From NCBI RefSeq assembly GCF_002113885.1, contig NW_018480059.1:550295-614294 (forward strand): 64,000 bases of DNA. Reading direction: 5' to 3'. This DNA is from Mizuhopecten yessoensis. Its lineage: Eukaryota. Shown piece by piece: positions 1-13,000 of this stretch. The notes under the pieces were generated by a model. It searched no databases. It was given only the letters and a program-made list of their open reading frames with translations, and was not told where the DNA came from. The position numbers were made by a program, and so were the translations under genes. Position 1 is the first letter of the stretch, and every line of letters begins with the position of its first letter.

Positions 1-329
1 TGTACAGCCTTATGTTTTATAAAAGGAACAAGAAAACTTATTATTTTTACAGCCATATGTTGGTTTGTTAGACACAAGAAAACTAACGATTTATGCATGT
101 TATTGTTTGTAATGTATAACCGAGTAGCTAGATTTTATAAAGGTTCATATAGCGCAACAAATAAAATACGCTGTCACCTTCAATAGAATATGACCGGTAA
201 AGCGTATGTACACGAAAATGTAAGTACGGTGCTAAGGAAAGTGAGAGTGTAGGTAGTACTTGTTATCGAAAATTCAAACTTAAACATTTCACCGGTTGTG
301 CTATATGAATGTTTACACAAGATGTAATT

Positions 330-2000
330 ACAAACATGGAGAAAATGTAAAAAAACAAACAAACAAACAAAACAAGTGTTGGTTATAGTCATGTGTTAGC
401 TTGTCATTAGAACAAATTAAAGAATGTACCACTGGGGACATCTGACATGTCCAATACCAGCTCAACCCTGTACACGAAGGTAGTTTCGAAAGGTATGATC
501 CCACTTTTCGACCTCGTAGCTCAGCTGATAATCAAAGGCAACATTGAAAGACATGGAACTGAAAACGGCCTCGGAACATTTACATCTGGAATTCTTTTTT
601 CGAAATAGAATGAAGCATGTATTTCCAAAGTTTTGCTTGTAGATGCAAATGAAGTAAACATTTAACTGCCGTATAAGGCCGATTCGGCCATGAAGGGCTC
701 ATTCGAGGTACTAAAGGTAAACAGAATGAAAAGTCCATACCTGGAGTGGTCCGAAACATGTGTAGCGTGAATATAGTTTATACTTAAACTATTATCTCAT
801 GTAAACCCTGCCAGATATTCCATAAACAATGGTACGACCAACCTCGTGGAACGGTAGCCCATCAGTAGAGTCAATCGCTTTGTATGGTGAAATCATAGCT
901 AAACATTTATACGAAAAACTCCGTCTGTTTGAAAATCGTGTTTGTGGCTTTAGAAAACCAAACAAAGAGAACAATTTACTGAACCATTACGGCTGTTTTT
1001 GTCCATTTAGAAACCATCAGTGGTACTTCAAGTAAAAAAAGGGAAATACCTTGTGTATTTGAGTGTTTTGAAACATTTACAAGAGTACAGCGAAAAGGTA
1101 TAGGTGTGTTAACATATCCCTCTATAACGTTACAAATCTATACATTTTGTTTACAACAGACTATTTATACTTTATAAAGTATTTCATATACAGGATTCCA
1201 GAATAGATATTCTAGCTTCAGTGACATTTTTTTAAACCGGAATGTGCATATCATGAACAACAACATTGTGGAGAGCTGACTTGAACATTAGTTTACGTAT
1301 GTATCTCAAGTTGAACTTCACTTTGGAATGTCATTGATAAATCATTTCCACTGTCATAAAATGTCACAAAGAAACACGTATGTCTCATTCCAGTGATGGA
1401 CCTTCTAATCAAAAGCAAATGATATAAGGTAAAATTTCAAAAGGTTCATTGGTCCAATTACTTCAAATCAGGAGGGAATTAATTCCAATTTTTAAAGAAG
1501 AGGAACCAAATCTGAAGATCAATTAAACACCACTTCTTTGTTGGTTCGCTATGATAGTGTCGTCTACAAGCTGACGTCGATAGGGAAATCAAATATGTCT
1601 TACATAACGACAAACAATCCTCATGCGTCGGGGAAGAGAAGGACGTTCATGTTTTGTACACGACTTCTTCCACTTTAACGAATTAACAACATTCAAGAAC
1701 AGTTCGATTTTTATTTTTACCTCCGGTAATCGTGATTCAGTCGACTTTGAGTCTAGATACAGCCCTGTGTTTTCCAACTTAGGTCACGGTCTGATGGTTA
1801 GATATAAGAAAACCAACACGGATATCTGCTACATGAACACAAGCTGATTTTATTATTAAAATGTCGTGGAAGTTCATCTTCAAGAACAAGCACACTGCTT
1901 TTGTGAGTTTGTCAGACAATCACGGGCAAGATAGGATTCCGACTACATGTTAAATAAAAGAAATCATATACATATTTTCCAACTTCATCACATGATATGG
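330..2000 (-). pseudogene. Heavily decayed, apparently intronless adhesion/Methuselah-like (family B-type) GPCR pseudogene (tentative)
   Basis: Manual minus-strand translation across stops and frameshifts gives motifs in the expected order: SCDEVGKYVYDFFYLTC..ILSCP (~1990-1920); a Cys-rich segment (~1640-1520); VFLC (~1370); TM1-like LSTMLLFMICTFRFKK (~1275); TM3-like CNVIEG/MLTHLYLFAVLL*M (~1135-1075); IVYGISG (~830-810); hydrophobic FVF..F..VCN (~360-325). Confidence 0.33.
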
Positions 2001-2742
2001 CCACATTTTCGCTTTAATCGGTAAGAGCGTCTGTGATGTATCTTTTCATCAATCACGGGTTTTGGCCTAGACTTCGAATAATACAAATAGTATTGTCAAT
2101 CGTAACATGTTTAAAAGATCAATGCCAATGTGTAGTAAATCGTGTTTATAAGTCCAGTAGGCTTACTTGCTTTCATAGGTTCATCGTTTACTGTTTGTCA
2201 ATGTCAACTAAAAGCTTAAAGGGTAGGAGTCTTATATGCTACTGATTCAAACACTGTGATCAATATGATTGATTCAGCCACAAAAAAAGCTTTCAAGTAA
2301 TACATGTGTATCTGGGGAGTAGAATATGTGGTCAACATGTTTAACACATCACAGTTCTTTAAGGGGACGTCAGGAAGGCAGATATGAGAGAACAGACCAG
2401 CAAAACAACGCTAGAGTACAATATACAGGTATTGTTTTAGCTAGTGTGTCGGCAGACTATTGTGGTCACAAGACGAAGCACGTATGAAGTTGGTCTTATA
2501 ATTTTACTTATGAAAGAGTATCAAATAGCTAAAGTGCGGAAAGTAATGCAAGAATCATTTTTCGTTTCATAGTTGTAAAGTATGTATAGCTTCACGCGCC
2601 AGACGGAACGCATGCGTCTAGATTGAGAGAATTGTATGATATCGCTAGGCAGGTAATTACTTGTAACAATATATTTGTGCTATAATGAAAACAAACCTTA
2701 TCCTCGGATTTGTATCCGGGTACGATACCCATGCAACGTTAC

Positions 2743-4277
2743 AAATGTAAGAAGGAAGGGGTAAGAATGCAAAATGTCAATGTTATAAGGGAGGGGTTAG
2801 AATGCCTGATCTCTATGTAAGAATGAGGGGTTAGAATGTCTAATCTCAATGTAAGAAGGAGGGGTTAGAATGCTCAATATCAATGTAGGAAGCAAGAGGT
2901 TAGAATGCTCAATATCAATGTAGGAAGGAGGGGTTAGAATGCCTAATCTCAATGTAAGAAGCAAGGGGTTAGAATGCTCAATCTCAATGTTAAAAGAAGT
3001 GGTTAGAATGCTCAATATCAATGTAAGAAGGAAAGGGTTAAAATGCTCAATATCAATCTAAAAAAAGAGAGGTTAGAATGCCAAATATCAATTTAAGAAT
3101 AAAGGGGTAAGCATGCCAAATGACAGTGTAAAACATAAGGGGGTTAGAATGCCCAATATAAATGTAAGAGGAAAGGGATAAGAATGCACAATCTCAATGT
3201 AAAAAGGAAGGGGTAAAAATGCCCTATCTCAATGTTAGAAGGAAGGGGTTAGAATGCCCAATCTCAATCTAAAAAAATATGGGGTTAGAATGCCCAATCT
3301 CAATGCAAGAAGGAAAGGTTAGAATGCCCTATCTCAATGTCAAAAAGTTTGGGGTTAGGGGTTAGAATGTCCAATCTCAATACAAGAAGGAGGGATTAGA
3401 ATGCCCAATATCAATGCAAGAAGGAAGGGGTAAGAATGCCAAATGTCAATGTAAAAAGTAAGGGGCTAGAATGCCCAATCTCGATGCAAGAAGGAGGGGT
3501 AAGAATGCCCAATCTCAATGCAAGAAGGAAAGGTTAGAATGCCCAATCTCAATGTCAAAAAGTATGGGGTTAGGGGTTAGAATGTCCAATCTCAATACAG
3601 GAAGGAGGGGTTAGAATGCCCAATATCAATGCAAGAAGGAGGGGTAAGAATGTCCAATCTCAATGCAAGAAGGAAAGGTTAGAATGCCCAATCTCAATGT
3701 CAAAAAGTATGGGGTTAGGGGTTAGAATGTCCAATCTCAATACAAGAAGGAGGGTTTAGAATGTCCAATCTCAATACAAGAAGGAGGGATAAGAATGCCA
3801 AATGTCAATGTAAAAAGTGAGGGGTTAGAATGCCCAATCTCAATGCAAGAAGGAGGGGTTAGTATACACAATCTCAATGCAAGAAGGAGGGGTTAGTATA
3901 CACAATCTCAATGCAAGAAGGAAGGGGTTAGTATACACAATCTCAATGTCAAAAAGTATGGGGTTAGAATGCCCAATCTCAATACAAGAAGTAAAGGGTT
4001 AGAATGTTAAATGGCAATGTAAGGAGGAGGGGCTAGTATACACAATCTCAATGCAAGAAGGAAGGGGTTAGAATGCCCAATCTCAATACAAGAAGGAAAG
4101 GGTTAGAATGTTAAATGTCAATGTAAGAAGGAGGGGTCAGAGTGCCAAATCTCAATGCAAGAAGAAGGGGTTAGAATGCCCAATCTCATTGCAAGAAGGA
4201 GGGGTTAGAATGCCCAATCTGAATGTAAGAAGGAGGAGTTAGAATGCCTAATCTCAATGCAAGAAAAAGGGGTTAGA
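2743..4277. repeat. ~34-bp minisatellite (GGGGTTAGAATGCCCAATCTCAATGCAAGAAGGA), ~45 diverged units
   Basis: Directly visible; period 34 (e.g. 3821 to 3855), with 33-35 bp variants. Confidence 0.97.
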
Positions 4278-4381
4278 GCGACGGGTTGAATGCGATCACA
4301 ATCGACTACAGACACTTTTTACATTTCGTTGACGGTAAACTTTATAAATGCAATAAAGCACTTTCTTTTGATAATTACAAA

Positions 4382-5757
4382 TATATCTAGTATATTACCC
4401 TGAGGTACACTATATCTAGTATATTACCCTGCGGTACACTATATCTAGTATATTACCCTGAGGTACACTATATCTAGCATATTACCCTGAGGTACACTAT
4501 ATCTAGTCACCCTGAGGTTCACTATATCAAGTAAGTATATCACCCTGAGGTTCACTATATCTAGTATATCACCCTGAGGTACACTATATCTAGTATATCA
4601 CCCTGAGGTTCACTATATCAAGTATATCACCCTGAGGTACACTATATCTAGTATATCACCCTGAGATACACTATATCTAGTATATTACCCTGAGGTACAT
4701 TATATCTAGCATATTACCCTGAGGTACACTATATCTAGTATATCACCCTGAGATACACTATATCTAGTATATGACCCTGAGGTACACCATATCTAGTATA
4801 TCACCCTGAGGTACACTATATCTAGCATATTACCCTGAGGTACACTATATCTAGTATATCACCCTGAGATACACTATATCTAGTATATTACCCTGAGGTC
4901 CACTATATCTAGTATAATACCCTGAGGTACACTATATCTAGTATATTAACCTGAGGTACACTATATCTAGTCTATTTCTCTGAGGTACGCTATATCTAGT
5001 TTATTACCCTGAGATACACTATATCTAGTATATTACCCTGAGGTCCACTATATCTAGTATATCATCCTGAGGTACACTTTATCTAGTATATCACCCTGAG
5101 ATACACTATATCTAGTATATTACCCTGAGGTACACTATATCTAGTATATGACCCTGAGGTACACTATATCTAGTATATTACCCTGGGGTACACTATATCT
5201 AGTATATTACCCTGAGGTACAATATATCTAATATATTACCCGGGGTACACTATATCTAGTATATTACCCTGAGGAACACTATATCTAGTATATTACCCTG
5301 AGGAACATTATATCTAATATATCACCCTGAGGTACACTATATCTAGTATATCACCCTGAGGTACACTATACCTAGTATATTACCCTGAGGTACACTATAT
5401 CTAGAATATTACCCTGAGGTACACTATATCTAGTATATCACCCAGAGGTACACTATATCTAGTATATCACTCTGAGGTACACTATATCTAGTATATTGCC
5501 CTGAGGAACACTATATCTAGTATATCACCCTGAGGTACACTATACCTAGTATATTACCCTGAGGTACACTATATCTAGTATATGACCCTGAGGTACACTA
5601 TATCTAGTATATCACCCAGAGGTACACTATATCTAGTATATCACTCTGAGGTACACTATATCTAGTATATTACCCTGAGGAACACTATATCTAGTATATC
5701 ACCCTGAGGTACACTATATCTAGTATATCACCCTGCGGTAGACTACATCTAGTATAT
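4382..5757. repeat. 29-bp minisatellite (ACCCTGAGGTACACTATATCTAGTATATY), ~47 units
   Basis: Directly visible; period 29 (4382 to 4411). Confidence 0.98.
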
Positions 5758-5832
5758 TGCAGTTGCATTTGTTCCTTTACACTTAAGAAGTAAATAGTAC
5801 CATTTACGTTTTTTCCGTTAGATACCACTTAA

Positions 5833-6806
5833 GGATGTACTCTTCTGAGGTTTCAGTCACGTTCAAGTCTCGTTTTGATCTAGTGTTACGGGTTTTTGTA
5901 ATATTTAACAAATTATGATAGGTTAAATAGCAAACACACATCTGAAAAGCATGTAAATAAGCTAGATGTCTGTTGTGTGTAGAACTTTTTTTTTTACAAG
6001 AATTTGAAAAAAATGACCAATTTGGCGGCCATTTTGAAAAAGTGTATTTATGTGAATTTCTTCCGCTTCCCAAAGGGCTAAAATTTCACCTTTTTTGACA
6101 CTAGATTGATCACTTAAATTGTCATTGTGTTACCATTTTTTAATTGTAGCAGGTTCAATTTTGCTGTCAAACTTTATAATGTTCAATAAGATTAAAATAA
6201 TATGCAAAAAAGTGGAAAGTTATATATTATTGATATTTTTTTTTTACGTATTAGGGTAACTAAAGCACTTTTGATTTTTGATCCCGAAAAAGGTGAAAAA
6301 TAACACAAATAATAATGGGACAAAAAAAGAAGCACACCGACCCCCCATTTTTGTGGCTGTTTAAGAAAGAGAAACACATTTTCTTTTGATTTATTGAATA
6401 CTAAAAAAAGTTTAATACAGGATTTTGTTTTATATCAAGCGTTTAATCTGTAAAAAATGGTGAAAAAAGAATAAGGGGTAGGGGTAACTAAAATCGCAGT
6501 TTACTTTCATAATTTAAAAGAAAATAATATTTTTATCAATTCTACAAACATTCATACATACCTGATAACACACTTGGAAGAAATTGAATAAATTTGTTCT
6601 GCTAATGGTCAAAACCCGAAAATTCACCTAAAATCACATATTGTATTAAATTGGTATCTTTGAGAGATCATAGCACAAAAACGAACACACGGACATATCA
6701 TTTATTTTGCATTTTCTACTATGCCATTATCTCCTTTTTCCATAACTCAATATAAGAAAAGAAAGTTTAATACAGGAATTTTTTGACTTCTCAGAGGTGT
6801 ACATCC
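5833..6806. mobile_element. Non-autonomous DNA transposon (MITE), Kolobok-like
   Basis: TIRs GGATGTACTCTTCTGAG / CTCAGAGGTGTACATCC (2 mismatches in 17), flanked by TTAA at 5829-5832 and 6807-6810. 5'-GG ends with a TTAA TSD fit Kolobok rather than piggyBac (CC). No ORF. Confidence 0.85.
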
Positions 6807-7763
6807 TTAAATTTTCACTTTCATGGTTGAAAAAGAGAAAACCCCTAAAATATCCACTTTTTATTAAAAACAAATGAGAATGACATTAACTTTGCAATCA
6901 AATAGGTTTAATCAATCACATGTGTGGATTTTTCTGTAGTTATTCACCTAATAAACCACGAAATAAGGATTGTTATCACGAATTAACAGAGCAACAACAG
7001 ACGTTATATACAGAGCTCACCGTTGTTGTCTTTTTAATCAAACGAAATAATAAAAATACCGACAAGCGACACCAAACGACACTATACCACATATAATACT
7101 TCCGGGTGGGTGTACACGAATGTTATGTATTTCTGAATGTTTGGATCGTTAGTAATTGTTTGACAAAGTAACAAAATTGTATGGTCATTTAGAATTATCT
7201 TGCGAAAATGCAAGACGTTAATAATTTCCTAGCTCACCACAAATGTGTCTGTGATAGTGAAACAAAACCTGTAAAGGTATGTCTCGAATACAATTATAGC
7301 ACTTTTTAAAAAGATTTCACTTTGGTAGATCATACTTGATGACTTCGAAAAGAACTAGAGTTGTTTCCCCTACACCGCTCAAGTCATCCTGCCGCAAGTT
7401 TATCAGTAAAAGGTACTTTGAGAGGATAGTGTAGCTAGAGTTGTCTTCCTTGAAACGTAAAGCTTAAAGTCTTATTCGAATTGATGCACTCATGTTGTTA
7501 CCATGCTATCGTTGATTGACTGGTTTTTGTTTGTCTTTGTTTGTTTTTAAATTAAACGTTAATGAAAAAAATAACGAAATATAACATGGAACCTAATAAG
7601 TATACAAATATGCAAACAAAAATCAAAAGAGATCGAAGTAAGTAAATGATTATTTAGAAAGACTACATACAATCACAATCACACTTGAAACGAAGCCTTA
7701 CAAATATTAACAAAAATGCAAATACTTTTATCGCACTGGAGACTAGTTTACGTGAGTTACAGA

Positions 7764-7791
7764 ATGATGATGATAATGATGATGATGATGA
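7764..7791. repeat. (GAT)n microsatellite
   Basis: atgatgatgataatgatgatgatgatga. Confidence 0.9.
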
Positions 7792-10044
7792 CAAATTACT
7801 ACTCAATAGTTTTATTTGTATTATATGTGTATGCATGTATTCATTTATTTTGTATGCGTCATCTTTGTATCAGATATATAGCCAAAAAGCTGTAAAGTTT
7901 ACGGAATAAGTTGATGTTAAATGAGAAGGATTGTGTTCATGCCTAGGATTTACAAAGAAATGCTGATTTAATCAGAAAAAATAGTGTTGGGGTTGTTTCA
8001 TACAAATCTCAGATATCGAATAAAAAGGATTTTTTTCCCCCCCGAGAGAATTAATTTAGATGAAAATAGTTGTATTAGCACATATTAATATAAAAGTTTA
8101 AACAGAGATTTTCCCAAGTCTTTTAATATACATTGCTATTAATAAATTGATTGCAGGAATAAAACTTAATCTTCTTATTAATTATTGTTATGAAACAGTT
8201 GACATTAAATGAAACATGCGAATAGAAAATAACTGACAATATTAATAAAACGGTCAGGACATTTTTCCCGGTAAAAATATACAGTTTGTATATCTTTATT
8301 ACTTCATAAACAAAATAACACAGAAATCGTCAGTATAAGGTAAATACTTATAATACTATCTATATGACTGCATTCCCAAGTTGCTCATTGGATGATAGAA
8401 ATGATACCGTTATGTTAGGTAAGATAGTCATTGGTTTATTTGAGTTTTTGTGAAAAATATGCACCAGTCATTTTTTTTTCTCATGAGCGAAAGTATACAG
8501 GAAGAGAGAACACAAAATAAGATTGGACAGAATCAGTTTTATTTTTGTTTATTCTATATGTGTTGAAGATAGATCGATGCTCATGCGCCTTTTTGTAAAG
8601 CGCTTTGTTCGGGAGTGGTACATGTACGCATGCGCCATAACTGAAATGGGTTGTATGCACTGCGCCAATGTACCCTAGGGACATTTACCTAATCAAATAC
8701 AAACCTGTGTTTCATATTAATTCTTAAATGTCAACAACGTCTTGTGTTTTAGATTCTAATTTCTTTCCGTATTTTTTAATGTAATTTTCTTGTGCGTTTC
8801 GTTTGATTTTTTCTTTCCGTTAAAAATATCGATCTTATAATTGGATGCCCATCGTCGTTTAAAGACTACAGCTAGAGGTTTAAATTTGCCCTAGCGGGAC
8901 ATTTTTATGTCGGCAGCGTCTCGAAACGTCTTCATTTAATCAATTAATACTGTCGATTTCGCGCAACGAGCTGCAAATGGCCTGTCGTCATTCCGTGATG
9001 ACCCAAACGTGCGTTAAATCGGAGCGCAGCATTTAGCTAATGAAATGAATTCTGTTAAGGACAAGTTAATGTAAATAAGCGAGCGTGTATTCTCCCCGGA
9101 GTCACAGTGATCCACACCAATCTCCGACCGACAAGTTCTTATTTATTGACAAATAAAGTTAATCTAGCAAATGGTGCGAGCTAATAGCTCTTAGCCGATG
9201 ATTAACTTCGACATGGAGAGTGCTCTCCCTTCCACAGACTAATAATGTTTTAAACATACTGATTTTAAGATTGCCATGTTATATAATGCTTTGTTGATGA
9301 TTAAAAAAGAACGTCCACACATTAAATAACCCTACAAGTTATGCTATAAAAGCGTAAGGGTATCAGGAGGTATCATTATATACATTTACGTATGTTAAGC
9401 CTACACAAAATCGAATGGGATGGGCGCGCTAATTGTCTTCCCTCTGGTTACGGTTTGTTTTGATTCCGACGGTCTGTTAGCTAACCATCAGCGCACGATT
9501 TTTGTGTGTGTTATAGGACGGGTCTTCTTCCGGATCAAGGGTTCTCAGGTTTTAACTTTTATATGCTTGTAGAGTCAGTGTATAAATCCATGACCTTACC
9601 CACATGTACTACCTTTTCGTTAATCGACTTATCCACACAAATAAAATGTAATGTTTGCAGTAGCTATTCACTTTGTGCCTTACTATCTCTGAAACTATTT
9701 TTAGAAATAGTATTTTGGCACTTCATCGAAGAATTTTCCGTCCTCGATGATACTTATGGAAAGTTCAAAACTTCTTTGATACAGAAAAGTAACCATAACG
9801 TTGCATATTTCTTAAAAAGTAAAATGTTATTGAAAATCACACAGGGCGACACAAAGCGACAAGTTGTTCATTAGAAGACATATTTTTATATTCAGAGTGA
9901 ACATAGATATATATGAAAAAGTTCATGTCAGAATGAAGCAGTGCACTAAATAACGCGTGTATCATTAAGTGCAAATATTTACAGAACACGTTATTTCATT
10001 CACCTAAATCGAAGTTTATTGAATTGTAAACACCGCTTAAAAGA

Positions 10045-13000
10045 TTTATTTGTTTTTTGTTTAAATAAGTTGTATTGCATAAATACTACACAAAAGGATT
10101 GGACGCAAGTTATCACAACTTATCGCTGTCCTCTCCATGTACACATATGGAAAACTTAGTGATGGCCTCTCCATATACACATATGGAACAAGTACACATA
10201 GGGAAAACTTAGTTATGGCCTCTCCATATACACATATGGAACAAGTACACATATGGAAAACTTAGCGATGTCCTCTCCATGTACACATAGGGGACACTTA
10301 GCGATGGCCTCTCCATGTACACATAGGCAAAACTTAGCGATGGCCTAATAATGATTAGCACATAGTATATTTCACATAATGTAAGAAAAGCAGAAAAAAT
10401 AGGACAGTAGAAAAAAAGTCAGAGGTCAGAAAAAAAGATACTGATAAATGAATTAAGTATTACAACAGCTAGGTATAGATGACACTATATATTGACCTGT
10501 ATTTACGCAAACCATTGACTATCAACAATAACTTTTTGAACATGCTTACAAATTTCTTCGTTTAATTTCAATTCTCCTTAATTACTTTATCACATAGGGG
10601 TATTTTGTTTTGTTTGATAGAACTTTTAAACTGTTTCAAGGTTGTATTATTTTTATTTTCCAGAGACAGGTTATTCCATAAATTACATGTATTATGTATA
10701 AAAGAAGACATAGTTAGGCAAAGACGATAGTGAGGAATTTGATGTTCATCTCTATTTCTAAGATTATAGGCAGACAGGTCAGACACTTTCGGAGAAAGAA
10801 GAGACACAAGAAAGTTTGGTGAATTTCCGGACTGAATCTTATAAAAAAGACTGAGTTTTCTGAACAACCTACATTCTTTAAAGGATTGCCAGTTTAATTC
10901 TTGATATAGTCGAAATTTACTTGTAAAAATGGCAAACCTGTGATGATTCTGGCGGCTTCATACTGGATGTTATCAAAAGCTTCTGTGTCTCTTTCGTTAC
11001 AATTTATCACTTGCTCCAATTCGGCCAAATTCCTAGATGAATTTGATAATGCAGTATCGTCAGCGAATAGTCGACCAATTGATTATATATGAGAAATAAA
11101 AGTGGCCCTAAGACTGAACCCTGTACATGTGGGACTCCAGCTTTGAGAACTCTTTCAGAAGATGTAATTTTGTGATAAACTTCTATTAATTGATGAGTAG
11201 TGGAGTGGTTTGGAAGAAATCCAGACTGTAATTCATACAACAAGTTATGTTCAACAAAGTAATTGTACACATGTTTATATATGATACGTTCAAAAACCTT
11301 TCCTACACTGCTTAATAACGAAATTGGCCTGTAGTTTTCTGGAAGATCATATTTACATTTCTTGTAAAGTGGTATAACATGAGCAGGTTTCTAAGAAGCA
11401 GGACATTGACATATACTTAGGGATTCATTAAATAAAAACAAAAGAGCTACAGCAATCTCATTAACAACAAGTTTTAACATCTTATGACTTATTCTGTCTG
11501 GACCAGAAGCTTTGTTTACTTTCAAAAATTGGATAGTATCTACTACCTCTTGGTGAGTGACTTGTAACTTACTAATACTAGAGTTTGTTCTCTTATCAGG
11601 ATATGGCAAGGATTCATTGGAGTCATCAAGATCTGTAACAGACTGAAAGTATTTATTCAAAATTTCGCACTTACCAATATCATCAGATACTACTTTATCA
11701 GATACATTATCAAACAAAGGGGGGATGTCTGTATTTAGCTTTTTCTTTAATTAACATTCTCATCATATTTCAATAAGTTCTTGGACTGTTATCACTGTTT
11801 TCTATGCAAATATCAATAGTTTCATAAAAATGCTCCCTCGCATTCTTAATCATATTGCTGACCTTATTTCTGGCTTTTTTATAATTTGCAAGGGACAACT
11901 CCGTTCTTTTACTGATTTACTGAGTTTGCAATTTGTATCTAATTTGTATATGTTTTCTTATATCACCATTCACTGTTACATGTTTTGAGGGTACATGTTT
12001 TTCAAATATCTTCATGATTTCATCAGTGAACGTTTTACATTTATTGTCAATACCAATTTCATTTCTAAACATTTCATCCCAGTTTGTAGCAGCTGTTTCA
12101 GCTTGTAAGCCTGCAATATTTGTCTCACTGTATAACCATATTTTACGCTTAATGATTTAGGTCATTGAATCTTAACATATATAGATACAAGAACAGCGCG
12201 ATGATCACTTATACATTCATTAACAGGAATAACAACATCAGATTGAACTTCGACTGTATCCCAAATGGATCTATCAAACTTTGTGAAAATTGTGTAACCT
12301 TAGTAGGGGTTGTGATAACATTTTTAAGATTGTATTGATTTAATATATCACACAGCTGGTTTTTACGGCTTGACAACAAGTCAACATTTAAATCACCTGT
12401 AAAAATTGCTGTTGGGGTAATATCAAAGGCTAGATCTAACGAATATTTCAAACGATCCCAGATACCTGATGCTGCATTTTGCCATGGAGGCCTTTAAATA
12501 CAACCCCTAACCTACTTTTCATTATCTAACACTAATTCCACCCAAATTGTTTCATCGTTCAATGATTCTATTTAATTAAGACCATAGTTAGACGGAGAAG
12601 AGTTAATTAATACATGATCATCAGTCGAAGAGTGCTGCTGGGTACAGGACCCGGATTCGGGTGTACATAGCCTGCTCGTAAAAGTGACAATATCAGAATC
12701 AGCTCAGTGTTCTGGTTTACAACGCTTTGGAAAAATAGCAAAAACGGTATACATGAAGTTATTAACCAATTTCTCAGTTTTGCAAACATAGCAATAAATT
12801 CACCAAAAGGAAAAATGTACAACTCATAGATACAGGTCTTAGTTTCTCCATACATCAATGCAACACCCCATCATGGTGGATACCAGACATGATGGCATGT
12901 CTTTGGTGTATGGAAACAGCGATCAGAAACAACTGAGTGTAGTTGAGATGTAAGTGCACCAGTGTCGTCTATCTGTCGAAAACTGAGAATAGTTTTTGGG
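10045..13000 (-). mobile_element. Degenerate, nearly full-length CR1-group (CR1/Zenon-like) non-LTR retrotransposon
   Basis: In order on the minus strand: N-terminal MGCCIDVWRN (~12871); 2A-like GYVHPNPGP; APE segment (IFTGDLNVDL, SLIDP); KASGPDRISHKML; QSGFLPNHSTTHQL; QGSVLGPLLFLIY; FADD at 11056-11067; C-terminal RKL..FYKI..YNLRN..LWNNL; 3' tail with AAGTT/AACTT hairpin near 10110. Many stops, frameshifts and internal deletions. Confidence 0.92.
10125..10346. repeat. Tandem duplication (~37-52 bp units) within the LINE 3' UTR
   Basis: Repeated cctctccatRtacacataKggaaaacttag units. Confidence 0.85.

Noticed and set aside
3351-3725. Interstitial telomere
   Set aside because: Only isolated TTAGGG hexamers within a 34-bp satellite; no (TTAGGG)n array.
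4382-5757. CRISPR-like 29-bp direct repeats (also 14646-16101 and 38400-38912)
   Set aside because: Head-to-tail units without unique spacers, no cas genes, eukaryotic context.
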